Under the pieces are notes generated by a model. The model was not told the origin of the DNA and searched no databases. It worked only from the letters and a program-made list of their open reading frames with translations. Of a stretch of DNA of 64,000 bases, positions 58,545 to 64,000 are shown piece after piece. This stretch comes from Paraspadella gotoi (taxonomy: Eukaryota; Animalia; Chaetognatha). The translations under genes and the position numbers were made by a program. Every line of letters begins with the position of its first letter. The first letter of the stretch is position 1. The stretch is from NCBI GenBank assembly GCA_051294375.1, contig CM119263.1, positions 7,045,645 through 7,109,644 on the forward strand. Direction: 5' to 3'.

Positions 58545-58892
58545 NNNNNNNNNNNNNNNNNNNNNNNNNNNNNNNNNNNNNNNNNNNNNNNNNNNNNNNN
58601 NNNNNNNNNNNNNNNNNNNNNNNNNNNNNNNNNNNNNNNNNNNNNNNNNNNNNNNNNNNNNNNNNNNNNNNNNNNNNNNNNNNNNNNNNNNNNNNNNNNN
58701 NNNNNNNNNNNNNNNNNNNNNNNNNNNNNNNNNNNNNNNNNNNNNNNNNNNNNNNNNNNNNNNNNNNNNNNNNNNNNNNNNNNNNNNNNNNNNNNNNNNN
58801 NNNNNNNNNNNNNNNNNNNNNNNNNNNNNNNNNNNNNNNNNNNNNNNNNNNNNNNNNNNNNNNNNNNNNNNNNNNNNNNNNNNNNNNNNNNN
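58545..58892. other. Assembly gap, 348 N. Other gaps: 25 N at 9293, 24672, 44465, 48680, 57360 and 61188; 10 N at 53035 and 54174
   Basis: N runs counted directly. Confidence 0.98.
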
Positions 58893-59589
58893 AAAAAAAA
58901 TACTGTTTAAAAAAAAAAGCAGTCAAGTCTCCCTCCATTTAAAACTTGGAAAAAATTTTAGATTAAAATAGAAGATAAAAAAAGGAAGACAAAAAAAGGG
59001 AAAAAAAAGGGGGGGGGGAAATGAAAAAAAAATTGAAAAAAAAGGGAAAAAAAAAGGAAAAAAATGTAAAAGTGAGGAAAGCGATGGTGAGTTTCATCTT
59101 CATCCAACGATTCCTTTCCCATTTCTCTCTTTTTCGTCCGCGAGGTCGAAATCGTCCAACCGCGATGGTCAAATTGGTCTTCTCCAAATGTTGGGGGCGA
59201 TGACCTCTTCGTCGTCGTCGTCGTCGTCGTTGTTCGCCCTCTCGGAGGCGTCTGACCGCGACCTCTGGAACGATTCCAATTTTGCCCTTTTGATACCTTT
59301 GCTTTTCTTGGCGTCGATAATGAATGTATTAACGGGGAATTAATGTTTCTGGCCGTTTGTTTTTTTTTTCTCTTTATTTATTCTTTATAATATTCCATGT
59401 TTAGTTTCGTTTTCGCATGTTTAGTAATTTTCGGGAAGACGTCCTTACAGGAAACGAGTTCCAAGCGACTTTAACAACAACAACAATAACATCTTGGCCA
59501 AAATTGACGGGAGATTGTCGCTGATGACGTCAGAAAAGATTGGAAGTCTTATCCGGCGATCGATTGGTCGAAAGATTGGCTGATCCAAT

Positions 59590-59672
59590 GGCCGGTGACT
59601 GGTCAGTGACTGGCCGGTGACTGGTCGGTGACTGGTCGGTGACTGGCCGGTGACTGGCTGGTGACTCGCCGG
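59590..59672. repeat. Minisatellite, 11-nt unit gg(c/t)cggtgact, about 7.5 copies
   Basis: Directly visible. Confidence 0.92.
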
Positions 59673-60179
59673 GAGATCATCCAGCAGATTGACACGAGAG
59701 AGTTACGCCCGTCCAATCAATCGGTTGACCTATATACTTTTCAGCGCTTTCGAATATCCGTTATCGATTCCTTCGAACCTTATTCATACTTTAAATGCTG
59801 TAAAGACAGTAAATTCTTCACCCGATACGAATTCGTAGAAACGAACTCCGGGGTTTTCACGTCGTGAAAACAAAGCCTCACATTTGCTTCTTGCAGAAAA
59901 GTGATGATACGAAAATTAAAATTAAACAAAATCATTTTAAATTAAATGAATGAAGATGATATGGCAATCATTTAGTACAAGTCGAAGCTCGGCGATACGT
60001 ATCATGTGAAAAAACAATCTATATGGCACCCGTTTTCTGCGAAACAGATTCATAGATTTACGCACGATTTGATTCATATTCTTGGCGAGTGAACTTCGCC
60101 CCGGGGGACGGGTTTATCACAAACGTTGGCGCCTGCAATGGCATCAAGGGGAGATGGTGATTTTAATCTCTTTCTTTCT

Positions 60180-60184
60180 TTTTT

Positions 60185-60220
<36 letters not shown>

Positions 60221-60563
60221 CTGCTCGTTCTCCTCTCTCTCCTCTCTCTGTCTTTCTCTCTCTGCTCTTCTTTCTCTCATCTCCTCTCTCTCTCTCTTCT
60301 CCTCTCTCATCTCTCTCTCTCTCCTCTCTCTCTCTCTCCTCTCTCTTCTTCTCTTGCTCTCTCTTTTTTTTTCTATGCGTTTTTTTGTGAATTTCATGTA
60401 TTTTAAATTTCTTTGTTTATCTTTCATTTTTTCCTTTTAATGCGTGCTCTCAATGTTTGGAAAATACAGGTAAGAATCGATTTACTTTCGTTCGTTCTCT
60501 CTCTGTCTTCTCCTCTCTCTCCTCTCTCTCTCTCTCATCCTCTTCTCCTCTCCTCTCCCCTCC

Positions 60564-60596
<33 letters not shown>

Positions 60597-62048
60597 TCCT
60601 CGACCAAATGAACTTTTCGCTCGGCCCATCACAGAGTCAGAGTCTTATTATGGAAATAAACATTCGGCCTTCCCCCCCTTCTCTTTCCCTCTCTCCGCTT
60701 CGCTTCACGAGTTGAGTATGTTCTATTTCTCCTTCTGTTTTGTCCGTGAAAAATTTTCTCAGAGAGTAAAACCTAATGAAAAAACTTAAAAAGTGCAAAC
60801 TGATGATTGAGAATGTTTGTGAAAAAATTATTATGAGACTCAATTGAACTTAGGGAAACTAAAAAAACGGCAAAAACTCGGTTCTAAAAAATAAACATGG
60901 AATTTTATAAAACTTCCTGAGGTGAGAAATAAAAGGTTAAAAAATATACGCAGGAATTTAAAAAACAGTATAAAATTGGTACAACCAATATAAGTGATAT
61001 ACGTGATTAAGTACGTTTGTAAAGTATGGCAAATTAAAACAAAAATACTACTGACTTAAAATTGGGCGGCGCGAGATGTTATAGGGAAGAAATTTTGGCT
61101 GTGATTTCCTCCTCTTTATCGGGCGCCGTCCATTCGGAGGCGGGACGTGGAAAAAGGGGGAAAAAGTTTTTTTTATTACTATAGCCTNNNNNNNNNNNNN
61201 NNNNNNNNNNNNAACGAGTCTTCCGGCTTATTTATGTCGATTTTCCTTCCGTCGTATCGCCTCGGTTCCATCCTCATTCGAAGTTCCATAACCGAAGCAG
61301 TTCAGTTTCACCTGCGACGCGCAGCCTGGCAGAAGAGAGAGCAGAGAGCAGGCGAAGAGAGCTGAGACGAGAGAGTAGAGAGAGAGAAGAACAGACGAGA
61401 GAGACAAGAGAAGCAGAAGAAAAGCCATTATAGTAATAAAAAAAACTTGTTCCCCCTTCTTTCCCACGTCCCGCCTCCGAATAGCGACCGCCCGATAAAG
61501 AGGAGGAAATCACAGCCAAAATTTCTTCCCTATAACATCTCGCGCCCAAATTTTAAGATAGTATTTTTTGTTTTAATTTGCACTACTTTACAAACGTACT
61601 TAATCACGTATATCACTTATATTGGTTGTACCAATTTTATACTGTTTTTAAATTCCTGCGTATATTTTTTAACCTTTTATTCTCACCTCAGGAAGTTTTA
61701 TATAAAATTCCATGTTTATTTTTAGAACTCCCGAGTTTTTGCCGTTTTTTTAGTTTCCCTAAGCTTCAATTGAGTTCTCATATAATAATTTTTCACAAAC
61801 ATTACTCAATCATCAGTTTGCACTTTTTAAGTTTTTTCATTAGGTTTTTACTCTCTGAGAAATTTTTCACGGACAAAACAGAAGGAAAGAAAATGACTCC
61901 AACTCGTGAAGCGAAGCGGAGAGAGGGAAAGAGAAGGGGGGGAAGAGCCGAATCGTATTTCCATAATAAGATCTCTGACTCTGTGATGGGCCGAGCGAAA
62001 AGTTCATTTGGTCGAAGAGAGAGAGAGAGAGAGAGAGACGAATGAGAG

Positions 62049-62079
<31 letters not shown>

Positions 62080-62296
62080 GAGATGAGAGGAGGAGAGGAG
62101 AGAGAGAGAGAGATAGAGAGAAACGAACGAAAGTAAGATCTTACTTTCTTACCTGTATTTTCCAAACATTTGACGAGCACGCATTAAAGGAAAAAATGAA
62201 AGATAAACAAAGAAATTTAAAATATCATGAAATGACAAAAAAACGCATAGAAAAAAAAAGAAGACAGAAAGAGAGAGAGGAAAGAGAGAAGGACAG

Positions 62297-62327
<31 letters not shown>

Positions 62328-62371
62328 TAGAGGCGAGATGAGAGAGAGAGAGAGAGAGAAGACAGAAGAGA

Positions 62372-62405
<34 letters not shown>

Positions 62406-62410
62406 AAAAA
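60180..62410. repeat. Inverted duplication 5: about 60180-61185 versus about 61429-62410, across a 25-N gap; probable artefact
   Basis: 61440-61560 is the RC of 61045-61170, and the match continues to the microsatellite blocks. Confidence 0.92.
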
Positions 62411-62959
62411 TACAGAAGTCTCGAAAATGAAGGGGGTTCGCCTCGCCGGAGAAGAGTTTACAGATAGTCGAGATGAGAGTCGGGTTAAATAGAATAAATA
62501 TCTAAAAAAAAAAATTAGGAAAATTAAAAATTAATCAAGAATAAGAACGACGACGTTTCTTTCGAGTCGATTACTACATTTTATAATTACTTATTATTTA
62601 AACTTTTTAAATTTTTTTATACTTGATTTTTTCCCCGCCTCTGTTGCAGTTGCTAGCCGAAAAACCGCCACTTTTGTCGGTCTCCTTCGTCGGCCCGCTC
62701 GTTCCCTCCACTCTTTTCAATTCGCAATCAGTTTCCGCCTCTTTGGCCAACAAATGAACAAACAAACCAGAGAAACAAAACGAAAGAAGAAAAAAAAGGG
62801 AGAACGGGATGAAACGAAAAGTTGTTTTGGTTCGTCGTGGTTGTTGTCGTTGTCGTTACTGTATCGGCGGAAGCCTAGGCGGCGTCCGTTGGAGGGCGTC
62901 GCGGGGCGTTGAAGCCAATCAAGGGCCAAGGAGCGGGAAATCAATAACCGAAAGGGCGA

Positions 62960-64000
62960 AGTGAAAGAGGGGATGGGGAGACGGGGAAAGGTGGGGACTG
63001 TTGAGGAATGGGGAAGAGTTAAGAAGGTGGAGTGGGGAGGGAGCGGGGAAAGGAGTGGTGTAGCATGGGGAACGAGTGAAAGAGGGTGGAGAGGGGAAAG
63101 GGGAGGGGGGTAGGGGTGTAGGTGGGGGAGTTAAATGAGGGCGGAGGGGGGGCAGCGGGGAAAGGAGTGACATAGTTCAGGATGCGGAAAGAGTTAAAGA
63201 GATGTGGAGAGGGGAAGGGGAGCGGGAAAGGTGGAAACTTGTTAGGATGGGGAAAGAAGTTAAAGAGAGTGGAGAGGGCGAGGAGAGTAGGATGTTAGGT
63301 GGAACGATAAAGAGAGTGGAGAGGGGAAGGGGAGCGGGGAAAGGTGGAGAACTGTTAGGATTTGGAAAGAGTTAAAGAGAGTGGAGAGGGGAAGGGGAAG
63401 CGGGGAAAGGTGGAAACTGTTAGGATGGGAGAAAGGTTAAAAAGAGTGGAGAGGGAAGGGAGCGGGGGATATTGAAAGGATGGAAAGAGTTTAAAGAGGG
63501 TGGAGAGGGGAGGCAGGGAGCGGGAGGAGATGGGTGTGCATGGGGAACGAGTGAGAGGGTGGAGAGGGGAAGGGGAGCGGGGAAAGGTCGGGGACTATTA
63601 GGATGGAGAAGAATATATAAAGAGGGTGGTGAGGGGAGGGAGCGGGGAAAGGTGGGGACTTGTTAGGAGTGGGAAAGAGTTAAAGAAGGGTGCGAAGTAG
63701 GGAAGGGGAGCGGGGAAAGGTGGAGTTTAGGAATGCCGGAAAGAGATTAAAGAAGTGGACGAGGGGGAGGGGAGCGGGAAAGGTGGAAACTGTTAGGATG
63801 GGGAAAGTAAGAGGTGGAGAAGGGGGGGAGGTTGAGTAATGGAAAGGGTGTAAAGGAGAGGGGAAGGGAGCGGGGAAAAGTCGTGGAAACTGGTTAGGAT
63901 GGGAAAGAGTTAAGAGAGTGGAGCAAGATTAAAGAATCTGGAAGAGTGGGAGCGGGGAAAGGAGTGGGATGTAAGGATGCGGAAAGAGAAGTGAGAGGGA
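62960..64000. repeat. Purine/G-rich minisatellite, about 60-65-nt unit, roughly 16 degenerate copies, running off the window edge
   Basis: Recurrent gggaaagagttaaagagagtggagaggggaaggggagcggggaaaggtggaaactgttaggat. Confidence 0.88.

Overview
This is draft genomic DNA from a bilaterian animal, rich in (AG)n/(CT)n microsatellites and with spliceosomal introns; I cannot identify the species. Two genes are well supported. One is a pair of minus-strand exons (2365-2518, 62-246) encoding Ig1 of a Roundabout (Robo) receptor. The other is a complete 4-exon, 160-aa homotetrameric-type cytidine deaminase on the plus strand (32945-33789). The dominant large-scale feature is five inverted duplications of about 0.4-4.5 kb. 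Each abuts a 25-N gap, and one continues into about 7 kb more of heavily decayed copy. Several can be resolved by hand: reverse-complementing the gap-adjacent block restores collinear sequence and closes the gap. They are best read as error-rich long-read gap fills in the wrong orientation (or amplification chimeras), not as biological palindromes, so roughly 19-20 kb of the window is redundant or foreign. Smaller features that look genuine are a DINE-1/HINE-like repeat family (one copy with a nested insertion), several minisatellites, and clusters of candidate regulatory motifs (phased TCACGTGA, CTCF-like, bHLH-PAS-like). I found no convincing novel biological system.
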